Assembly: GCA_017654855.1 (NCBI GenBank)
Contig: CM030334.1
Location: 1,922,001-1,986,000 of the forward strand
Reading direction: 5' to 3'
DNA from: Podospora anserina
Lineage: Eukaryota
DNA length: 64,000 nt
Position 1 is the stretch's first letter; each line of letters begins with the position of its first letter. Below are positions 12,676-24,393 of the stretch, in pieces. The position numbers were made by a program, and so were the translations under genes. The notes under the pieces were generated by a model. That model was not told the origin of the DNA. It was given only the letters and a program-made list of their open reading frames with translations, and did no database searches.

Positions 12676-15317
12676 ATGAAGGTTTCTGATGTTGTTTCGA
12701 AACTGGAGGTAGAGATGGCGGAGTCGCAGAACCAGCGCGACAAGCGCGTGGAGGACCTATGGCAGAAGCTCGATCCCGCTGGACACGGGGAGCTTGACTA
12801 CAAGGGGCTGCAAAAGGGGTTACAGAGGATAGACCACCGTGAGAGCGCTTTACCCCTGGTCTGGGGATTTTTGGTTCTTGCTTACACAGTTGGGTGCACA
12901 GCCATGAAAAACGCCGAGCATATGCTCAAGGAGATCATCAAGGCCGTGGACTCGAATGGGGATGGAAAGATTCAGTATGAAGGTGGGTTTCTACGCTGTC
13001 CCAGGACTTGGTGGAAATGAAGGAGGCTGAAATGATGCGCAACTAGAATTTCGAATTTTCGTCGAGACGGCGGAAAAGCAGCTTAGTCTGCTTTTCAAGG
13101 CTATCGATCGCGATCAGGACGGCCGGCTCGACAAGAAGGAGCTGCAGACGGCCTTTCGGCGTGCCGGCCTGTCAGTGCCCTCGAGGAGGTTGGCCAACTT
13201 TTTTGACGAAATAGACATGAACAACGACGGGTTCATCAGTTTTGACGAGTGGAGGTACGTTATTTTTCTATTGTTATATACTTGGTCTTGTTGCTGTTGG
13301 CCCCTTTTTTGCCGATTTCATGTGCCACCCTTGGACAAGACTGGGGCGACCCACCCACTGTGGATTTTGCTTTTTCATTGAGATTCTTCACTTCAATTCC
13401 CGATTGTCTCTTTGGCTTTTTTTTCCCTTGGGCGGCTTCTTTAAAGTCAAGTAATTCTGTTTCCTGTTATTTTCTTCGTGGCAGCACACTGCTCAAAATT
13501 CTGTGGCTGGAGCTTGAGCTGGTGACATTCATCTGAAGAGCAACCTCTGGGCTTGGCACAATTTGGTGGCAGGTGCCATTCATATTCACTACGTAAATGG
13601 CGGGGCACATGAATGGGAGCAACATGAGCTTGATCAAGGCCTCAATTCACTTCACACGCTAACAACTTTTAAAGAGACTTTCTTCTGTTCATGCCCACCC
13701 ACCACCACAACTCCCCGCTCGAGGCTGTTTTATCGTTTTACTCTTCGATCGTTACCGTCAATGCAGAGGGAGACTCGCTGGTTAGTGATGACACTTTAGA
13801 GGGTTTAGGTACGACGGGATTCCTCTTTCAAGCTCTCTTTGGTTCACTTTTGAGGATTGTCAACCCCGAGGGAACCGCCATCAAGTACACACAGAGGCCT
13901 TCGCCAGAGACGACGGTCGTCGCCGAACCTGAAGTGCCTGCTTCACCACACGCCCCGCAACACTACCACAAACCGCAATCTCGCTCGCAGTTAGAGTCGC
14001 AATTACACCACCAGAAACAACATCTAACCCCCGATCACGAGAACGAGCCGGGATCCGATATGGCTCTCTCATCCGCTGCAGTTGGCGTTCGCTATAGCGG
14101 CGCTGCCAGCTCGGCTCAGCAAATGATCATGCCGAGCACCACCAACCAGCCAATGCCATATTACGAGTCTTACGAGGACGGGCCCGAGGATATTTCTGTC
14201 ATGGCCGAAGAGGTCTCAGAGGAGGTGCAAACGAAACTGACAGATTTACTACCTGAACCAGGTTACTTCCTCGCTGGCGCCGTCTCTGGTGGTGTTTCAC
14301 GAACAGCTACCGCTCCTCTGGACCGCTTGAAGGTCTATCTCCTTGTGAACACAAAGAATGTCGATAATCCGGTACTCACCGCCGCCAAGAGCGGCCGGCC
14401 GTTTGCTGCCTTGCGAAATGCTGGTGGCCCGATCATCGACGCGATGGTAACCTTGTGGAAAACAGGTGGCTTCCGCACCTTCTTTGCAGGTGAGCAAATC
14501 TCACATTTCTTTCTGCTTGGGCAACACGCTAACAAGCTTGCAGGAAACGGTTTGAATGTTGTCAAAATCATGCCGGAGTCTGCCATTCGGGTAAGTAGCT
14601 GTCAAATTACAAAGCTAAGCTCATCGAGTATTGACCATTTTGCAGTTTGGTTCGTATGAAGCGTCTAAGCGCTTCTTGGCAGCCTACGAAGGCCATGACG
14701 ACCCGACTCAGATCAGCACCGTTTCCAAATTCGTTGCTGGTGGCATTGGCGGAATGACAGCCCAGTTCTGCGTCTACCCTGTCGATACTCTCAAGTTCAG
14801 GCTCCAATGCGAGACAGTTCAGGGCGGCTTGCAGGGCAATGCTCTGCTCTTCAAAACGGCCAAGACAATGTGGGCGGACGGCGGACTTCGCGCAGCGTAC
14901 CGTGGCCTCGGGCTAGGTCTCATCGGCATGTTTCCGTACAGCGCCATCGATATCGGCACATTCGAGTTTCTGAAGAAGAAGTACATCAAGACCATGGCCA
15001 AATACTATGGAATCCATGAGGAGGACGCCAAGATCGGAAACGTCGCCACTGCTGTTCTTGGAGCGTCTTCCGGAGCCCTTGGCGCGACTATGGTGTACCC
15101 TCTGAACGTTCTTCGCACCCGATTGCAAACCCAGGGAACAGCCATGCACCCGCCGACTTACACAGGCATCGTCGACGTCGCCACGAAGACAGTCAAGAAT
15201 GAAGGGGTTCGCGGATTGTACAAGGGCTTGACGCCCAACATCCTCAAGGTGGCCCCCGCGCTCAGCATCACTTGGGTATGCTACGAAAACATGAAGAAGC
15301 TCTTGAAGCTTAATTAG
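12676..15317 (+). CDS. SAL1: Calcium-binding mitochondrial ATP-Mg/Pi carrier
   Basis: EF-hands (DSNGDGKIQYEE, DRDQDGRLD, DMNNDGFISFDEW) plus three carrier signatures (PLDRLK, PVDTLK, PLNVLR). Introns 12839-12901, 12983-13046, 13255-13674, possibly 13809-14261, 14490-14543, 14591-14645. Confidence 0.95.
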
Positions 15318-16263
15318 TCGACAAGATCGACCACCAAAAAGTACATAAGGGGAAGTAGAGGGAAGTTAGGGAGGCATATCGAGTTGTTTATGGGGAAAAC
15401 GAGCGACATTTCAGCATCATCTTGGCGTCTGGATAGGAGAAGGATAATCTTGGGCTGATTGAGCTTTTTGCTGGCTACATTGCCACGGCGTTTGGGATGC
15501 TCTTTGCACCGGAGATACCACATTAGAGAGAAGGCGAAAGAAGGGGAAGCTTGTGAATTCAGATCATAGACGACGTTTGTCGACTGGTGAGATCAGAACC
15601 GCTCACGGCATCACAATAAAAGAGAATAATTGTCAACACGCCGGGCTGACGAGGCTTGTTCTTTGGAATGTAGTGATTTTCGGCTAACTTCGTCACCTCA
15701 TGCAGGCATTCGTAAGCTTGGGAGATTGATAACTACCCCCTCCTTGAGTTCTCCAACTTGTCAGTCTTGATTCACATTGGAGGTCGAGTGGCTTCCCCCG
15801 CACGAAGCGAGTCGTATGGTATCATTCATTGCCTTTGCAGCTTCCTGATTTGGACTCGAGGCTCAGTGGCCTCGACCGTGAAAATCCCGGCAAGGTCTCT
15901 AGCTGACGAAGCCATGAGCACCTCGGACTTGTGTTACCCCTCCTCTGCTGATAGCAGCGCACAGATGGGCAATCTACACACCATGTCGCTATCCAGGTGA
16001 GGTCACTGGTGAACATTTTGATGAGGCAGGATTCATTCCCTGTCAGTGAATTTTGACTACCTACACCATAACTCCTTCCCGGATCTATGCTCGTTCAACT
16101 TTTGCTGAATTTACCCTGTCAGTCGCTCAATTGTGTTGTTGCAACAGGTGAATGCTGTGAAGCAGTCGTCCAAAGAAGCTTTTTCCATCGCGTCGAAGCG
16201 CCTTGGCGATCAGGGGCCTTGTGTTAACAGCGCCGCCAAGTGTGTACCAAGTCATCACCAACC

Positions 16264-18769
16264 ATGCCGTTCTCAGACAACTTGTACTCGGCGGTGGATG
16301 ATGAATCGGATTTTGAACCAATTGACGACATTCCGAGTCAACAGGGCCGTGAACTGTCTCAATCGGCACATCGGCCTCCTCAATTTGGCCATGCACGGGC
16401 CAGCACCCACGACGACGACGACGAGGGGCTCGATGCTGACGCCCTGTCTCCTGTCGATGGTTACTTTGGGTCATCAAATGATACCTCATCCGACACGTCT
16501 GCTGTTGCGACATCATCCATCGTGCCGCATGTGCCGAATGTCTGGGTTGAGGACCCGAGCCTCACCACCGCGGCGAGCAAGGCACGGGAGGCCGAGTTGG
16601 AGAGACGAGTGTCAGGGGTTGCGAGGGAGGACTACTCGGTTGGGGGGCTGACGAGTTCTGGATACAACTCGTCTGCGTATACTGGGTCGTCTCGAGCTCA
16701 TGGATATAGTGGTTCGTTTTCGAGGCCGGGTACGTACGCCCAATCCTCGTCGCCATCATCATCATCTGCTGGACCATCGGTTCTGTCTACGAGATCATAT
16801 ACGCCATACCAACACAGAGCTGCGTACCAGGGTGAGAGTTCGAGACTGGTACCGCAAGACGCCCCGCCGGCTTATACACCTTCACCCACGTCGCCTCAGA
16901 GTTTGCAAGGTGGGCACGACGCTTCCAGGAATTACAGTACTTTCTCGGCACCGACTGGTACAATGGGACGCTTGCGGGAGACTCAGGGGCTCTTGGGCCA
17001 TGAGCCTGAAAGCATGAGAGACTCTGGAAATGGTGGTTCTGGTGAAGACAGCCCCCGATGGAGGGAACGAATTGAAAACAGGATATCGTCATTTGACAGG
17101 AGTTATTGCAAGTTTGCGTTTCTTGTGGTGGGATTGGTCTTGCTGTCTACCGGGTTCCTCACCACTCTCATCAATAGCGTGAGAGACGAGGTCAGTGTTA
17201 CGCGTCTTTTCATCTGAAGTGCTGTTTTGTCCGATGGAGGGTTGCGTAACGCTCTCTCCAATTGGCACATCCCCCCACCACTCATCATAAATACACGCTG
17301 CTGCCTGGTTCTTTTGCCCGAGATCTCACAGACTAACAAGCTTCCAGCGACCACACCTCCACCCACCACCCAAGATGACCTACCCCGATCTCGACAACAA
17401 ACTCCCCTGGCAGGACGGCTCCTCCTGCGGGACGGACCGCATCACGCGTGATCCCGAGTCGTTTGACGTCTTGTTTTCGTCCGACAAGCCCCTGACCATC
17501 ATCCAAAACAATTCCCACAACAACGACCACCACTCTTACAAACCCATCCAGATCCACGGTTCGGTTATTTTCCGACAGACTGACGCTGACCACCCTGACC
17601 CGAAGCTGGTGGTGGAAACAACAGTCAACAACGACCTCATCGCTGCTGCCATCACCTGGGAGGAGACCTCCCAAAAGCTGGTCGTCACCATTCCTAATGT
17701 TTTGATTTCTGACGACACCAACGACCAAACCACACCCTGGCCATGCATCCACCTAACCGCCACGGTTTGGACCCCCCCCTCCTCGTCGCTGTTGACCCTC
17801 TCAGTCAAAACAACTGTTTTGTCTATCCTTTTGGTTGATAACCTGTCTTTGAGCATCGCAGAGTCGACCAGCCTGTCCTCCACTGTTGGGTCTATTGTTT
17901 CTGATACTGCCGGCTCGGGGTCTCAGTCCCTAACCCTTTCCCCGTCATTCAAGTTCATCTCCCCCCTCATAGAAACCAACACCACCTCAGCCCCGATATC
18001 CGGCTCCTGGCCGCTGTACAACTACCTCTCCTTTGAGTCCACAGCAGGTAACATCAAAGTCACCATCCTCCCCCAGCCAGACCTCGACCCCTCACACCCC
18101 AAACCTGCCATCCTCAATGTGAAGTCCTCCTCCGGAACGGTGGAACTTACCGAGCCGATCGACGCCGCGAAGGAGGCGTATGAACTGGCACAGGTCCTGG
18201 CGGCAGAAGGGGCCGGTTACCTTCTTGCCGGGAAGGCAGGGGAGGTTACCCCAGTGAGGGATTACAGGGTTGATGTCCACACCACGTCTGGGAAAATCAA
18301 GGCTAAACTTGCCGTGACGGACGGGGCGAGGTTCAGGAGTACCTCTGGGGGGATGGATATTGATGTTTTGCTGGTGCTGGATGGGGGGGTGTATAACCCC
18401 GAGGGAAGAAAGGTTGATTTGGAGACGTCGAGCACGAGTGGGAATGTTGGGGTTAGGGTCGGGGAGGTGATGTGGGTTGGGAGGGATAAGGAAAACAAGT
18501 TGGATGTGGTTCGGGGGAGGCACGGGAGCACCAGTGGGAATGTGAGGGTTAATTACCCGAAGAGTTGGGAGGGGGAGGTGAGTTTGGGGACTTTGAGTGG
18601 GAAGTTGAAGATTGGGGGGGAGGGGGTGAGGGTTGTAAGAGGGGGCGAGGGGGGGTGGCCGGGGGTGAGGAAGAATTTGGTTGCTAGGAAGGGGGAGGGG
18701 GAGGGGGGGAGTAAGGTTGAGGGGAGGAGTACGAGTGGTGATGTTTGGGTTTGGATTGGGGATTTGTGA
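16264..18769 (+). CDS. Single-pass membrane protein with DUF4097/adhesin-like beta-repeat C-terminal domain
   Basis: Disordered N-terminus with PPAY motif, TM segment FAFLVVGLVLLSTGFLTTLI, intron 17191-17347, then repeated (S/T)(T/S)SGxI/V strands. Confidence 0.75.
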
Positions 18770-19533
18770 AGGGGGGTGTGGGAGGGGATGATGAGAAGAC
18801 GAACGGTGATGAGCACATGAGATGGCGGTTAGTGTTTACAATTTTCTTTTGTTGTTGGGTATCCTGAGGAGCTACAATACGAGATAATACAGTTGTCATT
18901 GCTTTGCCAATTCCTCGTTAAGATCCCTGAGGTAACGCAATCTTTTCTCTTCATCTCAAGGCTACATTCACCACCGACGATGTCCAACCACAACCAAGAA
19001 GACAAACTACCTTAAGCAGGCAGCCCCTCGCCCACCGCAGAAACAGGTGCACAACACCTGATACCAGTCCTGCCACCACCATAACCCCACCAGACAAAAC
19101 CTGTACCCTATGTGATGCTTGAGAAAGTTCTCATCCCAGCGTAAGGGAAGAGAGTTGATCCCAAGTCGGCGCCAGATCATGCATGGAACCCAGGCGCACG
19201 TTCAGGTGGGTTTCTTGTCGATCGTCTTGTGACAGGTAGCTTCGGGGAAGAATGTAAGATGGTAACCGAAAACGAGAGTGACTTTGGAGAAATGGAAGAA
19301 TGTTGGGGTCCCTTCCCGGCATGGTGCAGTCTCGTAGGAGCTGCGAATATGAACAAGGTGCTGCACGTAATCTCAGGGTTGAGCGCAAAAGGTAAGGTAC
19401 CTAGGTACGTTTGGGTGATGGGTGTCAGGTGGTATGTCAAGTTGTCGTCCGGCATCTACCGAATACTGCTGGATGGGAGGCAGGATCAGAAGTGAAAAGA
19501 GGGTGTGCTATATAATGACTTCAATCAAATAAT

Positions 19534-19746
19534 AAAGAAAAGAAAAGAAAAGAAAAGAAAAGAAAAGAAAAGAAAAGAAAAGAAAAGAAAAGAAAAGAAA
19601 AGAAAAGAAAAGAAAAGAAAAGAAAAGAAAAGAAAAGAAAAGAAAAGAAAAGAAAAGAAAAGAAAAGAAAAGAAAAGAAAAGAAAAGAAAAGAAAAGAAA
19701 AGAAAAGAAAAGAAAAGAAAAGAAAAGAAAAGAAAAGAAAAGAAAG
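19534..19746. repeat. (AAAAG)n microsatellite, about 42 perfect units
   Basis: Directly visible uninterrupted pentanucleotide repeat. Confidence 0.99.
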
Positions 19747-22326
19747 CAAACGCTGAAAGCCAAACATGCTGTGTGGTGAGTGGTCAGGATTCGAAGAGCA
19801 GAACGTAATACCGCTATACTACGCACGCCACGGATGTGTGTGCCCAAATTTTGAATCAAATAGTGTGGTCTGGTCCTGGGTGCTGGCATTGGTCTGTGTT
19901 GAGTGTGGTGATGAGGTTGCGTCGTAGGTGGCGTTGCTCGACCAGAGTTCTGTAAAGCCTAAAAGTGGTGGGCCCCCAAAATTGGGTTCTTGTGCATTTC
20001 ATCGGTTGGGATGTCTGTTACATTGGGGAGAGATACCTAATTCAACGAAGGAAAGAGTTTAGGTGGTAAACGGATACACTGAATAGGGTATGTTATGTGG
20101 GGATTTTGATGAGAACTAGGCCAAGAAGGCGCGAATGAAAGAAGAGCTTCTCCAGGCTGCAATAAAAAGTCCGTACGGAATCAGTGTGTGATTTGCCTTC
20201 AAAGTAGGGCAAACAAACCTAGTCAAAGAGGAAAAGAGTATGGAAAGTAGTGTTTGAAAGGATCTAGATGTTTGGCTTCACATACCTAAGGTACTTAACA
20301 CCAAAGAACCAAACAGTATGCGATGTTGTTTAATTTCTCAAAGCCAGGGCCATCTAGACCGGTAATTCCACCATTAAGATGTGGGAATCCTATTTCCAAA
20401 ACCAAGCGGTACTGGCACAATCTCTTCAATCTTCAAGATCCGGTGTTCTCAGCTATAACACCGCAGTTGTAGCACTTCCGAGCGAGCCTTTTGTCTCTCT
20501 GCCAGTCACATTGCTAAAGGACAACGCGTGGCTCTCAAACTGGGATGGTGCCGTGGTGAATAAGGTCAGATAATTCATAATTAAATTTCACAACTGATCC
20601 CAAAAAGTAGATCGAGCACGATCGAGGTCAGAGGTTGCTGAAAAAGTCGACCACTAATCAAAATTTCTCGGCGTTATTGTCGCCCCTCAGCGATGGAGGA
20701 GACACTGTATCCTCGAGAAGCAATACATATGTTGGGTCTTCAGTATCCTGTGGCAGGCTCTCATGTCGGGTGAGACGACTGCTGCACAACTCGAGAAAGG
20801 TCTGGGAAGGATGTCTATTCGAGACCGTCGGAGCTGGAGGGCGGTGTCTTAGATTAGAAGACGAGTGTAGAGGTAGGTGGGTGGGCAGGTGCATGACTGA
20901 CCAACAAGCCAAGTTCCATGTGGCATCGCAAAGAGGTGAGGTGAGATAAATGTACTCAGCAAAGAGGAGTGGCTCGTATATTTATATGCTGATCAATATA
21001 AGCACAAATAATCATTCAGCGGTACTATGCGTAAAGACCTGGATCATCAAGATGCAAAATCTTGATCTTTAATACCTTCTGGTATACTTTATAATAAAGA
21101 ATGATGATCCTTTCCCAACAGGAATCCATAGCTCGGGAGAAATTCTGAGGGAGGGGGGGATATTTACATGGAAGTCCAGTACATCTGGCAGAGATTGGTA
21201 TAGTCACAACAATAATGTCATCATTTGACGCACCTATCGTGTTGTCATTGCTGACTTTAAAACAGTTAACGTCTTGAACATAACCCATGTTATGATAAGA
21301 ACTACAAGCTAAAGGTGATCAACTCCTGACTAGAGGCCCACGAAAGAACCATGGGCTATCAAGTCATGGAAGATTCACCTTGTTCAGAGGTATCATGATG
21401 TATCTTTGTTCTTGTTGACTGTGAGATGCCAAGACTCAGTTCTGGAAAAGGGGTCACTCCTGAATCCAGCCTTGGCATTATGACAACCATCCCTCCAGCA
21501 ACCGCACTTCCATGCCAGGAATGATTATTCATGTGAATTCTGTGACTTTAAGTGTTTGCTCGTCAATAAAGATAGTTCCTTTTTCGAGACGTCAAAGAAA
21601 TGACTGATGAGTCAAGTTGTCAGAGGCCGACACCCACGTTGAAAGAGTGCTGGTAGGATGACTGTGTATCTCTCAGTTCTCTTTCGATCCGGACTTGCCA
21701 GAAACACATATGTGAGACTAAGTAATGAGCAGACTTCACCATGGCTTTGAAATAGTAGCGCACAATAAGGAGTTCGTTGAACATTGTGTGCTTCAACTCG
21801 AGTTATATATTGACAGACAGAGCATTGGCTTGAGAACCAGAACTCAAACAACATTAACCGGAGAAGATGCTCGTGAAAAGGCCATTTTTACTGTATTTGG
21901 AGCCTGATGAAGTCGAGTAACATTTCTTTGGAGAGAGGTCAGAGCACTCACTAGATATCTTGAAGCACACAAGCCTTCTTTGCAGTGATGCTGGCTGGCA
22001 GGCATGCGTGTGCATGTCCAGAACCCAAAGAACCCTACCGTTCTGTCCAACAGCAATCAGCCCTTACCGTCGCTGCTACTAATGTTGCTCCTTGACATCC
22101 ATTTTGACCTTTCGAAGGCGGTGAAACGCTTGGACCAACTTGATACCTGCTTTGAGCCAGGAGGGTACTCACGAAGACCGACTGCAGTCGTGCACACTCT
22201 GGTGGCCTTGGAAAATTGAAAAATCCCTCCTGTCCGACCTCTCTTCTTGCTCTCTCTCTTTCGACGTTCTGAGTTGAACCCATCACACAAACATCAACAG
22301 TCACAGCAAACCACCAAGTGACAAAC

Positions 22327-23774
22327 ATGTCAAAACGTAAGTCGTGATCATCGGGATGACTTGACTGTGTCTCAGATGAACCGACTAACCACAGATGTAA
22401 GCAGAACCAAACCGCAATGACGAGGAGGAGGTGACGCTGCAAGAGACAGCTGGGATGATCGACCAGTTCGAGCACCTGCTTGGTGACATCGGAAGTAAGT
22501 GATATCCTCATCAACACTCTTCAATTCAAAGGGGCTATGGCTGACCTCAATGATTGTGAAGGGGTTGGCGACTTTCCGATGACCAGAGCTCGTGCTGCTT
22601 GGGGTCCTTCGACCGCTGCTCCAACTGGCAAGTAACGATGTTGATTGATCGTTTTTGTCTTGGTCCTCTTACCTTTGCTCTGAACCTGTGGTTTCTCAAA
22701 CCCAGCTCTGACCAAACACGGCTGATTTAGAAAGTTAGCTAACCTCTATCAGAGCCAGCCTTACCTGCCCGTCCTCGAGGGATCACCCTCGAACAGCCCT
22801 CGCCCCCACCAGCGTTCCCTCTGCCGCCGGTGCCACGCCTGCCCGTCCGGGCCCGAAGCCAAACGCCGGCGACCGCCAGCAGCCGGCCTGAGCTCCCGCT
22901 GCCGCGTTCTCCGCTCGGTGCTGTCGAGCCAATCGTGGCATCCGACGCGGAGATGAAGCCAGGGCCAGAAGCCACCGGAAGCCCTGGTGAGGCAGCGAGC
23001 ACAGACCGGCAGGAGAGAGTACAAATAAATCCCCACACACGTAGTCCTGGGATGTACTCTCTCTTTCCCACCAAAAGCAACAGATTTGCCGTCACCATGA
23101 CGGCTTCATCAACCGCCAGCCCTTCGCAGGGCAAAGCCCTCTCGTCGTCGCCGTCCCTGGGCTCGCAGCCCACAGAGAATCTTGCGCCTCCGGGCCGGCC
23201 CTCTTTGGAGGAACGGTCGCTGTCGGCTGCGTCGGTTGCCTCTGCTGCGCCCTCGTCTGCGTCGGTTTCTGCCGGGGAAGAGTCTCTGCCTCGTCCTGGT
23301 AAGTTGTCCCAGCATGTGCTGTTCTTGGATCGAAAAGTTGCTGACGTTTTCCTTGAAGCCGACCACCTCGAGCCAAACAATCCGTTTGGCTACCCTGCTC
23401 CTCCCGCGTTTCGTAAGTCGTTTCCCACCGATTCAGATGGCCGACTTTGCTAACTTCAAGTGATAGGCCACAACTGGGCGAACCCCAACCGCCGTGTTGC
23501 CCGGGGCTCTGTCCTCGGTGGAACTGTCTCTGGCGTTGTCGTCGGCTCGCGCCCTCGACCTTCCCTCTTTGGTGGTGTGCTTGCGGTTCCGTATCTGCCG
23601 TTCTCGCTCCCGCCTGTGCTGCCGGGCCCCGTCTCGCCGCCCGCGCCCACTCGACCCGCGCCACCGGTCCCTCCCTCCCGGCCGCCTCCTGCCGTTCCCT
23701 CGTCGCCGGCCATCCCGGCCCGGAACCCTGCCCGTCTGGGACCAGCTTCGCCCGCGCCCTCCGGCTCTGCCTGA
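22327..23774 (+). CDS. Orphan Pro/Ser-rich protein, six exons
   Basis: Introns 22337-22401 (or 22404), 22495-22561, 22628-22752 (GC-AG), 23299-23358, 23413-23466. Each has a GTAAGT/GCAAGT donor and a CTRAC branch site, and together they give one open frame. Confidence 0.7.
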
Positions 23775-24393
23775 GATGACAAGAAGACCCATGGGGTGAA
23801 GAAGGAGGAGAAGTGAGAAGGAGAGAAGGATCCTTCCCTGTATCTTATTTGTATTTTTACAACGATATGGAGTTCGTGGAGTTTGGGAAGGGGTGGAGGG
23901 AGATACCCAAGGGACACAATGGAAGACATTGCCTGCCGATTTGAGCGGCATATCACAGACCTCTGAGAATCTTCCTGAGAACAAGTGACCAGTATGAAGA
24001 CGTAATGATGACTCTGAGAGTGGAGAGAGAGAAGAGACGTTGGATATCTTGGCAGGCCCCATCACGTGGATCTGCCAGGTTCCGAACTTCCAGAACATGG
24101 GGCAGTCCCCACTGAAGCATCCTTGGCAGCAGCACCAGGAACGCGCTTAGCTCCCGCTGATCTGGGGGAGCTTTGGAGCTGTCCACGCGCCCCAGAATAC
24201 CACCCCGCAATTGCCTGTGAACACGAGCTCAACTTCAACATTCATCCATTGATATTCTCTCACTTGAGACTAGGTTTCAGATATACTTTGACTGCTACTA
24301 GTATCATTCTGGACGTTTCATCCATCAAGTATCATATCCACTGACATTACCGCGCAATCACATGGTTGGCACCCAACGGGCTATCCATTCGCC

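Noticed and set aside
19505..19889. Lys/Arg-rich and Phe-rich ORFs
   Set aside because: They are translations of the (AAAAG)n microsatellite.
20440..20490. RKCYNCG on the minus strand as a possible gag zinc knuckle
   Set aside because: The His and last Cys of CX2CX4HX4C are absent, and no other retroelement motifs, LTRs or TIRs were seen.
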